Of a stretch of 64,000 nt of DNA, positions 9,015-17,331 are shown one piece after another. The notes under the pieces were generated by a model. It was not told the DNA's origin. It worked only from the letters and a program-made list of their open reading frames with translations, and did not search any database. The translations under genes and the position numbers were made by a program. The DNA is taken from IMG/VR virus record IMGVR_UViG_3300033075_001233, positions 1 to 64,000 of that record. The stretch is one strand, 5' to 3'. Every line of letters begins with the position of its first letter. The first letter of the stretch is position 1. The stretch comes from a virus. Taxonomy: Duplodnaviria; Heunggongvirae; Uroviricota; Caudoviricetes.

Positions 9015-9191
9015 TTATTCCACATCTTTTTCCCAATAATCAACAAATTTACCCTCAAATAAGTCCCTTATGAGTAGCTTATACGGTGTTATATCCCATA
9101 TCCAGAGTGAATAAAGCAAAGAAAACACCATTAATGGTAATGTAAACGAAAAGAATACAATCATTAAGCATCCAATGATAAAATTTCTCAT
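9015..9191 (-). CDS. small hydrophobic protein, 58 aa
   Basis: Hand translation: MRNFIIGCLMIVFFSFTLPLMVFSLLYSLWIWDITPYKLLIRDLFEGKFVDYWEKDVE. It is below the track cutoff and is the only plausible ORF in the ORF-poor 7.75-9.58 kb region. Confidence 0.3.
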   Translation of the reverse strand: MRNFIIGCLMIVFFSFTLPLMVFSLLYSLWIWDITPYKLLIRDLFEGKFVDYWEKDVE

Positions 9192-9540
9192 AATTTGTTA
9201 TTTATTATTAAACAATTGATTTCCAACATGTTATATTGATTATAAGGCTAAAGCCTAATATTGTTACATTATAAGGGTATATACTAATAAATACATCCTC
9301 CAATGAGTTATATATTATGATTATTTATATATGACAAATAATGACCAAAAAACACCCCTTTTGATCATCATTTTAGCCATATTAAATATTTATTATATAT
9401 GTAAGTGATTTTGACAATAATATTGATTGTGTATATACTATATATATTGTATAATATATATTGTATAGAGTGTTTTTTAATTGCACCCAAACCCCCAATT
9501 AAACTTATTGTTTAATCACCCACCCCTATATATATTAATA

Positions 9541-9580
9541 AGGAAAGGAGAGAGATTGTTAGTCTCTCCCCTTTTCAATA
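9541..9580 (-). terminator. stem-loop GGAGAGAGA/TCTCTCC downstream of gene 9581-9973
   Basis: Sequence ggaaaggagagagattgttagtctctcccctttt: a 7-8-bp GC-containing stem flanked by T/A-rich tracts on both strands, so it could act in either direction. Confidence 0.35.
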
Positions 9581-9973
9581 TTATTGAACTACACTGGTGC
9601 GCTGTACGCCTTTCATCAGTTTTTCGATGCTTACAGTAACCATCGGAGGACGGCTTGTAGGCTTCGGCCCAAAGGTGAACCACGCATTCCCACTGTACTT
9701 GTCAGGATCGCTTTCACCGTAGAAGATGCTGTAATCCCGGATCATTTCAGCAACAAGGTCTTCACCTTTATTATTGGTGCTGATTTTGCTGCTTACGCCA
9801 ATAGGAAAATACTCTGTTGTCTTGCTGTTCAGTACGTGAACGAAGTACTTTCCGGCTGCATTTTGTACCAGTCTGAACTCATCAGCACCAATAGCTTTGA
9901 TAAGGTCAGTAATTTCAACCGAAGGAAGCGGCTGGAATGGAGTGGCAACTCTTGCCATTTGTTTAAAATCCAT
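9581..9973 (-). CDS. hypothetical protein, 130 aa; first gene of the leftward block
   Basis: GC-richer ORF. An ORF of the same length on the opposite strand (9584-9988) has an implausible C/R-rich composition and was rejected. Confidence 0.5.
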   Translation of the reverse strand: MDFKQMARVATPFQPLPSVEITDLIKAIGADEFRLVQNAAGKYFVHVLNSKTTEYFPIGVSSKISTNNKGEDLVAEMIRDYSIFYGESDPDKYSGNAWFTFGPKPTSRPPMVTVSIEKLMKGVQRTSVVQ

Positions 9974-9989
9974 GTTTTATCGTTTTAAT

Positions 9990-10258
9990 GTTAATAATAA
10001 GGGGAGTGTACCCCCATCCACAAATTCAAGCGGGGGTGTTGAGTTAGAAGTGGACATTACTCCCCTATATATTTCACGAAAAAAAATTTTAGAAAAAAAA
10101 TTTTGATTCTTATTTCCTTGATTTTCAAAATAATAGGCTGCCAATTTCTACAGATGCCACAAAAATTTGAAAATAAATGTAAAAATATTTGGAAAATGTA
10201 CATTTCGGATGTATCTTTACACTGTTAAAACATTAAAAACAATAAAAAATAAAAAACA
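9990..10258. promoter_or_regulatory. divergent intergenic control region between the leftward and rightward gene blocks
   Basis: 269 bp without an ORF. It contains the tandem direct repeat GAAAAAAAATTTTAG / GAAAAAAAATTTTGA at 10078-10108, GGGG...CCCC hairpins at 10000-10045, and A/T-rich TTTG-containing tracts. Confidence 0.4.
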
Positions 10259-10570
10259 ATGTCAGACGTATTACAAAAAGAAGATTCAATTAAAGAATTA
10301 GATTGTGCATCAACAAAACCAGAAGTAGCAATTTATTCAGCTCAAATGGGAGAATCTGCTCCTGTAAAATTAGGTAAGGCTTTTCGTGTAGGATCAAAGG
10401 CTACAGCCTATGTTACAAGTTTTCCTAGAACATGGGAATTTAACGTTCCTCATGTGGATGTTCTTGTAAAAATTGGTGAAAGTCAAGTGGCTCATATTTT
10501 AATGACAAAAGACGCTTTTGATGCTCTTAATGAAGGACAGCCTGTAACATTTAACAATTTTAAGAAATAA
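10259..10570 (+). CDS. hypothetical protein, 103 aa
   Basis: First gene of the rightward block. Confidence 0.55.
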   Translation: MSDVLQKEDSIKELDCASTKPEVAIYSAQMGESAPVKLGKAFRVGSKATAYVTSFPRTWEFNVPHVDVLVKIGESQVAHILMTKDAFDALNEGQPVTFNNFKK

Positions 10571-10571
10571 T

Positions 10572-10928
10572 ATGGCAGAGGAAATAAGAGATTACAAAAC
10601 TGCCGTATTTCAGGAATTAGGTGAGGCTTCTATGATGTGGGAGCCTCACCCTTCCTCTCAAGTTTTTGACAGTAGTGGGACCAGAGAAATTGGAAATAGG
10701 CTTGTGGAAGAATTGGAGAACGATGTACCCCTAGCCATGGAAATTTTAAAAAAGGCTATGAATGATGAGAGCTATTATATAGCTTGGCAGGCAAATATTG
10801 CAATGGCGTTTTGTGATGAATTTACAAAACAACGCCCTGATTCAGATGAAGAATGTGAAGTGATACATAAAATTGCAAATCAAGCAGCTATGAATTTTTT
10901 AAATTTGTTATTTGAAAGAAATGAATAG
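10572..10928 (+). CDS. hypothetical acidic protein, 118 aa
   Basis: ORF starting 2 nt after the previous stop. Confidence 0.55.
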   Translation: MAEEIRDYKTAVFQELGEASMMWEPHPSSQVFDSSGTREIGNRLVEELENDVPLAMEILKKAMNDESYYIAWQANIAMAFCDEFTKQRPDSDEECEVIHKIANQAAMNFLNLLFERNE

Positions 10929-11220
10929 TATATCTTTACAAGACATGTTAGGAATGCATAAAAATGAAGTGAAGTTAAAATATGGTTTAAAAATGCAAGA
11001 AAAATATAAAGATTTAGATATTGAAGAATTTAAAAAAGTTTTTGACGATTATTTAAAAGAAAACCCTAAGTTACTGGATGATATTTCTGTAAAAGAAATA
11101 GCTCCCGGAGTATATAGATTGCCCGGAGGGGCAATTACAGGAGATGGAGGATTGAAACTATTTGAAGAAGTTATGGTGAAAGCAGCAAAAGAAAATGTTA
11201 AAAATTATGGAGCAAAATAA
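10921..11220 (+). CDS. hypothetical protein; start placed at ATG 10921 (track gives a TTG start at 10912)
   Basis: ATGAATAG overlap with the upstream stop codon. Confidence 0.5.
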   Translation: MNSISLQDMLGMHKNEVKLKYGLKMQEKYKDLDIEEFKKVFDDYLKENPKLLDDISVKEIAPGVYRLPGGAITGDGGLKLFEEVMVKAAKENVKNYGAK

Positions 11221-11662
11221 ATACTTCACCCCAAATATAGAAGACATGAGAGTGGGATATGAATGTGAAGCTAATCCTAAATTCTATAGTGAACAGGAGG
11301 ATGTGTGGAGTCCTATTATAATGAAAGGAATAGGACAGGAGGTTATACATTATCATTCTTTAGGAGTATATAGAACCCCCTATCTAACTAAAGAACAAAT
11401 AGAAGCTGAGGGATGGAAACCTGCTAATACCGGAGGATTAGAAAGAGGATGTATGAATGGTAGATGTGCTTTTACTAAAGGTAATTACTTTTTAATTATT
11501 CCTTCAGAACCAAATACTAAGCTTGGAGATAGAATAGAAATTGTAATGGCAGATGTTTTAAAAGATGAGTATCATGAATGGACTTCAAATGGAAGGATGT
11601 ATATTGGACAATGTAAAGATATAAACACATTCAGATACATCTGTAAATTATTAGGAATATGA
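11207..11662 (+). CDS. hypothetical protein; likely start MEQNKYF at 11207 (track start 11195)
   Basis: ORF overlapping the upstream gene end. Cys/His-containing: GRCAFTKGNY, CKDINTFRYICK. Confidence 0.5.
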   Translation: MEQNKYFTPNIEDMRVGYECEANPKFYSEQEDVWSPIIMKGIGQEVIHYHSLGVYRTPYLTKEQIEAEGWKPANTGGLERGCMNGRCAFTKGNYFLIIPSEPNTKLGDRIEIVMADVLKDEYHEWTSNGRMYIGQCKDINTFRYICKLLGI

Positions 11663-11778
11663 GACATAATAATGAAATATTGAATGAAAAAATAAAAGAC
11701 CTAGAAAGAAGCTATAGACAAGATAAAAATGTACGAATATTTATAGATTCTCTTTGTAAACTATTAAATATTAAATAA

Positions 11779-12372
11779 ATGCCAAATTGGATAAAATTAA
11801 TAATTATAGGAATTTTACTTGGAGGAATAATGGGTTTAATTGCTACTGATGGTAAGCAAACATCAAATTATAATTTTAATGATACATTAAAATATAATTT
11901 TAAAGATACTCTTTATTATATAAAAGAAAATAATTATATATTTATAGAAGCTGATATTCCTTTATATAGGGTAGAATGTGAACTATTAGTAACAGATAAT
12001 TTAAATTTGGCAGCAGGAGTATTAAATCTCAGAGGTGATGATTCTATAGATAGTGCGTATTTATCTTTATGTTCTGGTCTTACAGTGCATACACAAGGAG
12101 GATCACCTATTATATGGATAAGAAAATTTAATAATTCAGCAGAAGACATATCTGTTTTAAACCATGAGATATTACATGCTACATTCTGTATCCTCCTAGA
12201 TAGGGGATTAACTGTAAGTATTGATTCAGAAGAGGCGTTTACATATCTTTTACAATACATTTCTTTACAATTTTATACAAATCTATTAAACAATGAACAA
12301 CAAAATAAAGAATATACTAATGGGTACATTCGGAGTGTTATGTATTCTACTAATGCTGCGATCATGTTCTGA
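11779..12372 (+). CDS. membrane-anchored putative zinc metallopeptidase (HExxH), 197 aa
   Basis: N-terminal TM segment WIKLIIIGILLGGIMGLIA. HEILH motif within ISVLNHEILHATF. Confidence 0.5.
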   Translation: MPNWIKLIIIGILLGGIMGLIATDGKQTSNYNFNDTLKYNFKDTLYYIKENNYIFIEADIPLYRVECELLVTDNLNLAAGVLNLRGDDSIDSAYLSLCSGLTVHTQGGSPIIWIRKFNNSAEDISVLNHEILHATFCILLDRGLTVSIDSEEAFTYLLQYISLQFYTNLLNNEQQNKEYTNGYIRSVMYSTNAAIMF

Positions 12373-13030
12373 AAATGAAAAATATAATAAACTTGTCCTC
12401 AGTAGTGCAGAAGAAATTGATAGTATCAAGAATGTCTATAATCAGACAGTAGTGCTTAAAGATGTAGAAATTACAAATTCTAAGGAGGCTTTAAAAAAAG
12501 CTACAGATAGTTTGTTCAATCTCAAATCTTCTCAGGATAAGAAGATTAAGGATGTAATTGCTTTCTATAAATCCAAGGTGAAAATACGTATAGATTCAGT
12601 GGATGTTCCATATGAAGATACATTGGCTAAAAAGAAATGGGAGGATAGTGTACAATTAGCTTGTTCAAAAGTGATAGAATACTATGAAGCAAACACAATA
12701 TCTGTTCCCAGAACTGCCAGAGATAGCACTCAATATTATAAAGCTGATCTTACAGCTAATTTAAGTGGTATTTCTATAAATAATCTTGAACTTACTGATA
12801 ATCAATCTATTAGGTGGGTAGTATATAAAGGAGGACTTCTTAAAAAAGATATATCTGGAAAACGACATTTCTGGCTAAAGAAAAAAATAGGGGTACAGGT
12901 AATCCATACCAATCCTAATATTACTGTATTAGGTGTACAATCTGCAATATATCAGGCTCCTAAAAAACATAATTTGCTAGGAAAGGCTATATTAATTGGA
13001 ATTGGTGTATATTTGGGGTCTAAACTATAA
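12293..13030 (+). CDS. membrane or lipoprotein-like protein, 245 aa
   Basis: N-terminal signal or TM segment ILMGTFGVLCILLMLRSCS (possible lipobox) and C-terminal TM segment AILIGIGVYLGSKL. The start may be internal because it overlaps the previous gene. Confidence 0.5.
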   Translation: MNNKIKNILMGTFGVLCILLMLRSCSENEKYNKLVLSSAEEIDSIKNVYNQTVVLKDVEITNSKEALKKATDSLFNLKSSQDKKIKDVIAFYKSKVKIRIDSVDVPYEDTLAKKKWEDSVQLACSKVIEYYEANTISVPRTARDSTQYYKADLTANLSGISINNLELTDNQSIRWVVYKGGLLKKDISGKRHFWLKKKIGVQVIHTNPNITVLGVQSAIYQAPKKHNLLGKAILIGIGVYLGSKL

Positions 13031-13040
13031 AACAAGAAAT

Positions 13041-13415
13041 ATGAAATATTCAGAAAGATTTTTTAAGTTTCCTATACGAATTTATGACAGATTTTCAATA
13101 ATGAAATCTGAAGAAATTGAAAAAACTACAGATACTCCAAATGAAGGAGAGTGGATACAGGGATTTGTCAGACTTCCATATAATCAAATTACATCGTGGA
13201 CTGACTTCTTTGATAGTGTTCAGGGGGTAGATGGTGCAAGAGAAGATGGTTTTGAGGCCACTATGGTATATACACAAACAGAAGGTACATTTATCTGTAC
13301 ATTAGATAGAGAAACCTTTGAGCAATCTCTTGACGAATTTGTTGAAAAATATGATGCTTGGGTACAAAGTCGTGTAGATCAATTAAATAAAGAAACCAGT
13401 CATAAGCAACTATAA
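13041..13415 (+). CDS. hypothetical acidic protein; start chosen at MKYSERFF
   Basis: ORF 12996-13415 in the track. The ATG at 13041 follows the upstream stop at 13030. Confidence 0.5.
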   Translation: MKYSERFFKFPIRIYDRFSIMKSEEIEKTTDTPNEGEWIQGFVRLPYNQITSWTDFFDSVQGVDGAREDGFEATMVYTQTEGTFICTLDRETFEQSLDEFVEKYDAWVQSRVDQLNKETSHKQL

Positions 13416-13471
13416 TAGCATTAAATAATAAAAAACTTAGGGATTTTATTTTTTAGTACATTTTTAGTGTC

Positions 13472-13495
13472 TATATTTGCATAAAATAACTAAAT
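13472..13495 (+). promoter_or_regulatory. candidate promoter: TATATTTG (TAnnTTTG, Bacteroidota -7 type) plus conserved AAAATAACTAAAT box
   Basis: TATATTTG at 13472-13479 matches the Bacteroidota sigma-A -7 consensus. AAAATAACTAAAT at 13483-13495 recurs upstream of genes 20571 and 23566. Confidence 0.35.
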
Positions 13496-13496
13496 C

Positions 13497-13814
13497 GTGG
13501 AACCTACCCAAAAGCTAAGGAAAAAATTTGTTACTCCATTTGAAAAAGCGTCTGTTTATTACAAACTTCTTTCAGATATAAATAATCTGGGATTGGGGGA
13601 TAAACAGATTGCTCTTCTCTCTTATTTAGCAATAGGTGGTACAAAAAAGTCATTTTGTGAACAATTCGGAAGTAGTGCTGTAAATGCAGATAATTTACTT
13701 ATGCGACTTAGGAAAAAGGGGGTGATTCAAAAGGATAATACAATACATCCATCAATTCATCTTGATTTTGAATCTCCTTTAAATTTACAAATTTTTTTAG
13801 ATAATGAGTATTAA
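13497..13814 (+). CDS. hypothetical protein with a GTG start; possible small DNA-binding protein
   Basis: ORF in the track. IALLSYLAIGGTKKSFCEQFG... is a weak HTH-like segment. Confidence 0.45.
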   Translation: MEPTQKLRKKFVTPFEKASVYYKLLSDINNLGLGDKQIALLSYLAIGGTKKSFCEQFGSSAVNADNLLMRLRKKGVIQKDNTIHPSIHLDFESPLNLQIFLDNEY

Positions 13815-14199
13815 TAAACCTGAATATATGTCTATGAAGGACTGGTTGGTAGCAACTAAGTCTAAGGAGCATGGTATAGATGAAGATTTATATGACAAAG
13901 TGATTACGTGGAGTTATGTAAAAGCCAAGGCTGCTACAGAAACATGTAGATCAGTGGAACTTTCAGGATTTGGTACAATGGTGGTATCACCTGTAAAGCT
14001 AAAACGTAGATTAAATAAGCAGGATGCTATGATATGTAGACTTACTACAGCATTAGAATTAAATCCTACATTATCTCAAAAAAGCAGAGAAGACATTGAA
14101 AAGAAGCTATTGACGGCTATAAAAAATTTTGAATACCTAAAAAACAAAATGCCAGATGAGAATCGTATGGAAGGAGATACTGGAAGGTTGGAGAAATGA
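13804..14199 (+). CDS. hypothetical protein, 131 aa
   Basis: ORF overlapping the upstream gene by 11 nt. Confidence 0.5.
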   Translation: MSINKPEYMSMKDWLVATKSKEHGIDEDLYDKVITWSYVKAKAATETCRSVELSGFGTMVVSPVKLKRRLNKQDAMICRLTTALELNPTLSQKSREDIEKKLLTAIKNFEYLKNKMPDENRMEGDTGRLEK

Positions 14200-14443
14200 C
14201 CTTTTCCCTCCTGAAGAAATAAAAGAGAAAATAAGACTTACGCAGGAACAAAGATTGGAAATTTGTAAATCCTGTCCTCTTAATAGCACACCTAATAAAA
14301 TAAGAACTATTTCTTATTGTAAAGATTGTGGATGTCCTCTTAAAAAGAAATCAGCGTGTTTACATTGCGAATGCCCTCAAAAGAAATGGCTTGCAGAACT
14401 CACTGAAGATGAAGTGAAAACATTAAAAACCAAAAATATTTAA
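14156..14443 (+). CDS. Cys-rich putative zinc-binding protein, 95 aa
   Basis: CKSCP...YCKDCGCP...CLHCECP gives four or more Cys pairs. The start may be internal. Confidence 0.5.
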   Translation: MRIVWKEILEGWRNDLFPPEEIKEKIRLTQEQRLEICKSCPLNSTPNKIRTISYCKDCGCPLKKKSACLHCECPQKKWLAELTEDEVKTLKTKNI

Positions 14444-14444
14444 A

Positions 14445-14615
14445 ATGAACCCTATTAGTTTAGATGCAATTAAACTGCTGCTTGATATGCAAGCTTTATC
14501 CAATAAAGAAGAAGATAAGAGCAAATTTCAAAAAATGATAGATAGTCTTGTATTTATCATGGAGAAAGATATTGAGCAGGCATTTCAGAAATATAGCACT
14601 GTAAAACTTATGTAA
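14445..14615 (+). CDS. small ORF, 56 aa, below the track cutoff
   Basis: Hand translation: MNPISLDAIKLLLDMQALSNKEEDKSKFQKMIDSLVFIMEKDIEQAFQKYSTVKLM. It starts 2 nt after the upstream stop and its stop TAA overlaps the next ATG as TAATG. Confidence 0.35.
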   Translation: MNPISLDAIKLLLDMQALSNKEEDKSKFQKMIDSLVFIMEKDIEQAFQKYSTVKLM

Positions 14616-14905
14616 TGAGTAGACCTTTAGATTACGGGAAAAAATTTCCTGAACTACTTCTTCAATTAAAGAAAAAGTATCCCACCTTTTCGCATCCAAG
14701 AAATATATCCACAGCCTTTTCAGATTATGGAGATTTCTGGGGAATGTCAGATAGAGAAGCATGTTTTGCATTGGAAAAATATATTACAGAACTAGAACTT
14801 GACGCTTCAAATGTAGCCTCTGATGATTATGTAGATAAGATATTAGAGGATGGAAAACATCTATTTGATAATAAAGAAGAGGAGGAAGAGGATGGCGACT
14901 TCTAA
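14615..14905 (+). CDS. hypothetical protein with poly-Glu C-terminus, 96 aa
   Basis: ORF ending in the acidic tail EEEEEDGDF. Confidence 0.5.
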   Translation: MSRPLDYGKKFPELLLQLKKKYPTFSHPRNISTAFSDYGDFWGMSDREACFALEKYITELELDASNVASDDYVDKILEDGKHLFDNKEEEEEDGDF

Positions 14906-15218
14906 AAAGAAAAGTACATTTATTGATGTAGAGCTGGAATGGGCTGAAGAACAATTAGCTACATGGAAAGCCTATGTAGATGCTAATCCTTTTCATGAAT
15001 TGAAGGATAGGCTTTCATATAAAGAAACCAGAAACGGAGGAATGATTCCTATGGTGGTGGCATCTATAGAACAACAAGGTAAATTTCTTCAAGAAACAAT
15101 GAAGAACTATCTTGCTCTTTTAAAAGAGGTGGATGCTATGCGTGAAAAAGAAGCATCTAAATTATCAGTGATGGGAGATCACACACTTAGCCCTATGGAA
15201 AGTGGTGAAATAATCTAA
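14892..15218 (+). CDS. putative small terminase subunit by position; start chosen at MATSKKKS
   Basis: Lies immediately upstream of the large terminase. The track ORF begins at 14850, but the ATG at 14892 overlaps the upstream stop. There is no diagnostic motif, so the call is positional only. Confidence 0.3.
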   Translation: MATSKKKSTFIDVELEWAEEQLATWKAYVDANPFHELKDRLSYKETRNGGMIPMVVASIEQQGKFLQETMKNYLALLKEVDAMREKEASKLSVMGDHTLSPMESGEII

Positions 15219-15219
15219 A

Positions 15220-17331
15220 ATGAGTGAATTTCAACTAGATACATACAATATTTGGTTCCCGGATCAAAAAGAACCCGCATATGACCCCTCTGATGAAGAG
15301 GGTATTCGTGTTTTTAAAACATATTGGGCAAGAGAAAGAGAACGATGTATGAATGGGTTCTTTCTTGGTGATGGTCAAGTAAAGATTCCCGGAAGGTTAT
15401 ATTTTCATACGGTGTATTGGAAAATTGCTGCTTATTTAGAGAAGAAAATTGCAGGAAAGGAAAAAAAGATACGTGAAATAATAACACCATATCTACTTGA
15501 TACAGTGTGGGATATATTTAACGACCTTGAGGTGGCCTCTGATAATGGTAATTTCTATGAACTTGTAGGTAGTCGTGACTTTGGTAAATCAATTACAGCA
15601 GCCTCTTGCGCAGGATGGCAATATACATTTTTTCCTAAATCTGAGAGTGTTATATCTGGTGGAGCAACCAGTTATATAAAACTCGCTACAGATAAAATTG
15701 AGGATGGACTCCTTAATATACATCCAGTTTTTAGAAAGCAGAGGCTTACATCTGACTGGAAAAAGGAAATAGTAGCAGGTTGGAAAGATAAGAAAACCAA
15801 ACTTGCTGATCCAAAATCTTCATTCTCATCTATAAAAGTGAGAAACTATGAGAATGGAACAAATACAATGGCTGCGAATGGTACAAGGCCGGGATTCCAC
15901 CTTATAGATGAAATTGGTACTCTTCAGAATCTTATCGGTTGTGTAAAAGACTCTGATGGATGTTGGTGGTCTGGTGGTGGTGATAAACCTTCTTGTCTTG
16001 TAATGCTTGCAGGAACAGGTGGTGATATGGAAGTGGGTAAAGAAGCAGGTGAAATCTTCTTTAATCCTATAGCTTACAATATGTTAGCTTTCGATAATCC
16101 TGAAGTACCCGGTGGAAAAATGGGTAGATTTATTTCAGCATTACGGGCTAAGATGAAATATAAAGATGAGTGGACTCTTTATAGATATCTCACTGAGAAA
16201 TGCGGGATGACACTCAATCCTCATCCTGATCTCGAAAGAGTAAAAATCCTCGTATCTGATGAAGAACGAGCATTAAAAGAATGGTGGGAACCAGAATATG
16301 CAAAAGCTTTAAAATCAGGTAATTCCAAAACAGTACTTAAATTTAAAGCATACTGGCCACTTAAAGCATCTGATAGTTTTCTTGTTCTTACAAAGAATGA
16401 CTATAATATAGATGCTGCTAAAACACAACAACAACGACTTCGTGCTATAGGTGTAACAGGTTCATTATTAGAGCTTTATCATGATGGTGATAAAATCACA
16501 CATAAGTTTTCTAATAAACTTCCAGTTACAGAGTTTCCTGTAAAGACACAAAGTAAGGATGCTCCTATTCAGGTGTGGGAATTCCCCATTGAAGAACTTC
16601 CACCATTTGGATTGTACGTTGCAGGAGTAGACAACTATAGACAAGGTAAAGCAGAATACTCTGATTCTCTGGGTGTTGTATATATCTTTAAAAGGATGCA
16701 CGATATACAGAGTGAGAAATTTCAGGATATGTTAGTAGCAGCATACGCAGCTCGTCCTGAGAATCCTGAGAAATGGAATGAACAGGCAAGAATGCTTATT
16801 AAATGGTATAATGCCAGAACGCTTTGTGAAAATGATGATATGACCTTTATTAACTATATGATAAGTAAAGGAGACGGTCATTACCTTGAGGATCAACCAC
16901 AATGGTTAAAATTATATGTCCCCAATACAACAGTACAGAGGGATAAAGGTATACATAGGTCATCAGAGAAAATAAGGGATATGCTCAGAGCATGTTCTAA
17001 GAAGTATCTGGATGATGTAATTTTAGAAGAAAAAGACGAAACAGGATCAGTGATAAAACAGGTGCTTGGTGTAACAAGAATTCCTGATCCAATGTTACTG
17101 GATGAAATTATTAATTTTAGTGAGGATGATGGTAACTTTGACCGTGAAGTGGCATTCTCATTAGCTATGGCTCTGGCTCAGCATCTTGATCCAATTATTG
17201 GCAGGGTGAGTGGATCATCTGATCCAAGGGTGACAGAAATGTACAAAAAAAATAAGATAAAATCATCTAGGTTGTTTACACATTCAAATACACTATTTAC
17301 GCAGAAAAAAAGAAAACTGTTTGCAAAATGA
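15220..17331 (+). CDS. terL: terminase large subunit, 703 aa
   Basis: Walker A LVGSRDFGKSITAA near residue 115. Its size and its position directly upstream of a portal-sized gene support the call, as does a C-terminal region with conserved acidic residues (VAGVDNYRQGKAEYSDSLGVVYIF) typical of the nuclease domain. Confidence 0.8.
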   Translation: MSEFQLDTYNIWFPDQKEPAYDPSDEEGIRVFKTYWARERERCMNGFFLGDGQVKIPGRLYFHTVYWKIAAYLEKKIAGKEKKIREIITPYLLDTVWDIFNDLEVASDNGNFYELVGSRDFGKSITAASCAGWQYTFFPKSESVISGGATSYIKLATDKIEDGLLNIHPVFRKQRLTSDWKKEIVAGWKDKKTKLADPKSSFSSIKVRNYENGTNTMAANGTRPGFHLIDEIGTLQNLIGCVKDSDGCWWSGGGDKPSCLVMLAGTGGDMEVGKEAGEIFFNPIAYNMLAFDNPEVPGGKMGRFISALRAKMKYKDEWTLYRYLTEKCGMTLNPHPDLERVKILVSDEERALKEWWEPEYAKALKSGNSKTVLKFKAYWPLKASDSFLVLTKNDYNIDAAKTQQQRLRAIGVTGSLLELYHDGDKITHKFSNKLPVTEFPVKTQSKDAPIQVWEFPIEELPPFGLYVAGVDNYRQGKAEYSDSLGVVYIFKRMHDIQSEKFQDMLVAAYAARPENPEKWNEQARMLIKWYNARTLCENDDMTFINYMISKGDGHYLEDQPQWLKLYVPNTTVQRDKGIHRSSEKIRDMLRACSKKYLDDVILEEKDETGSVIKQVLGVTRIPDPMLLDEIINFSEDDGNFDREVAFSLAMALAQHLDPIIGRVSGSSDPRVTEMYKKNKIKSSRLFTHSNTLFTQKKRKLFAK

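Noticed and set aside
9584-9988. 134-aa plus-strand ORF overlapping the minus-strand ORF 9581-9973
   Set aside because: It is antisense to a more protein-like ORF. Its composition is rich in C and R with odd low-complexity stretches. Its strand would interrupt the leftward gene array, and it would end inside the divergent promoter region.
15220-17331. Possibility of an intein or HNH insertion in the unusually long (703 aa) large terminase
   Set aside because: No HNH, LAGLIDADG or intein splice-junction motifs were seen. The length is within the range for crAss-like and N4-like TerL proteins.
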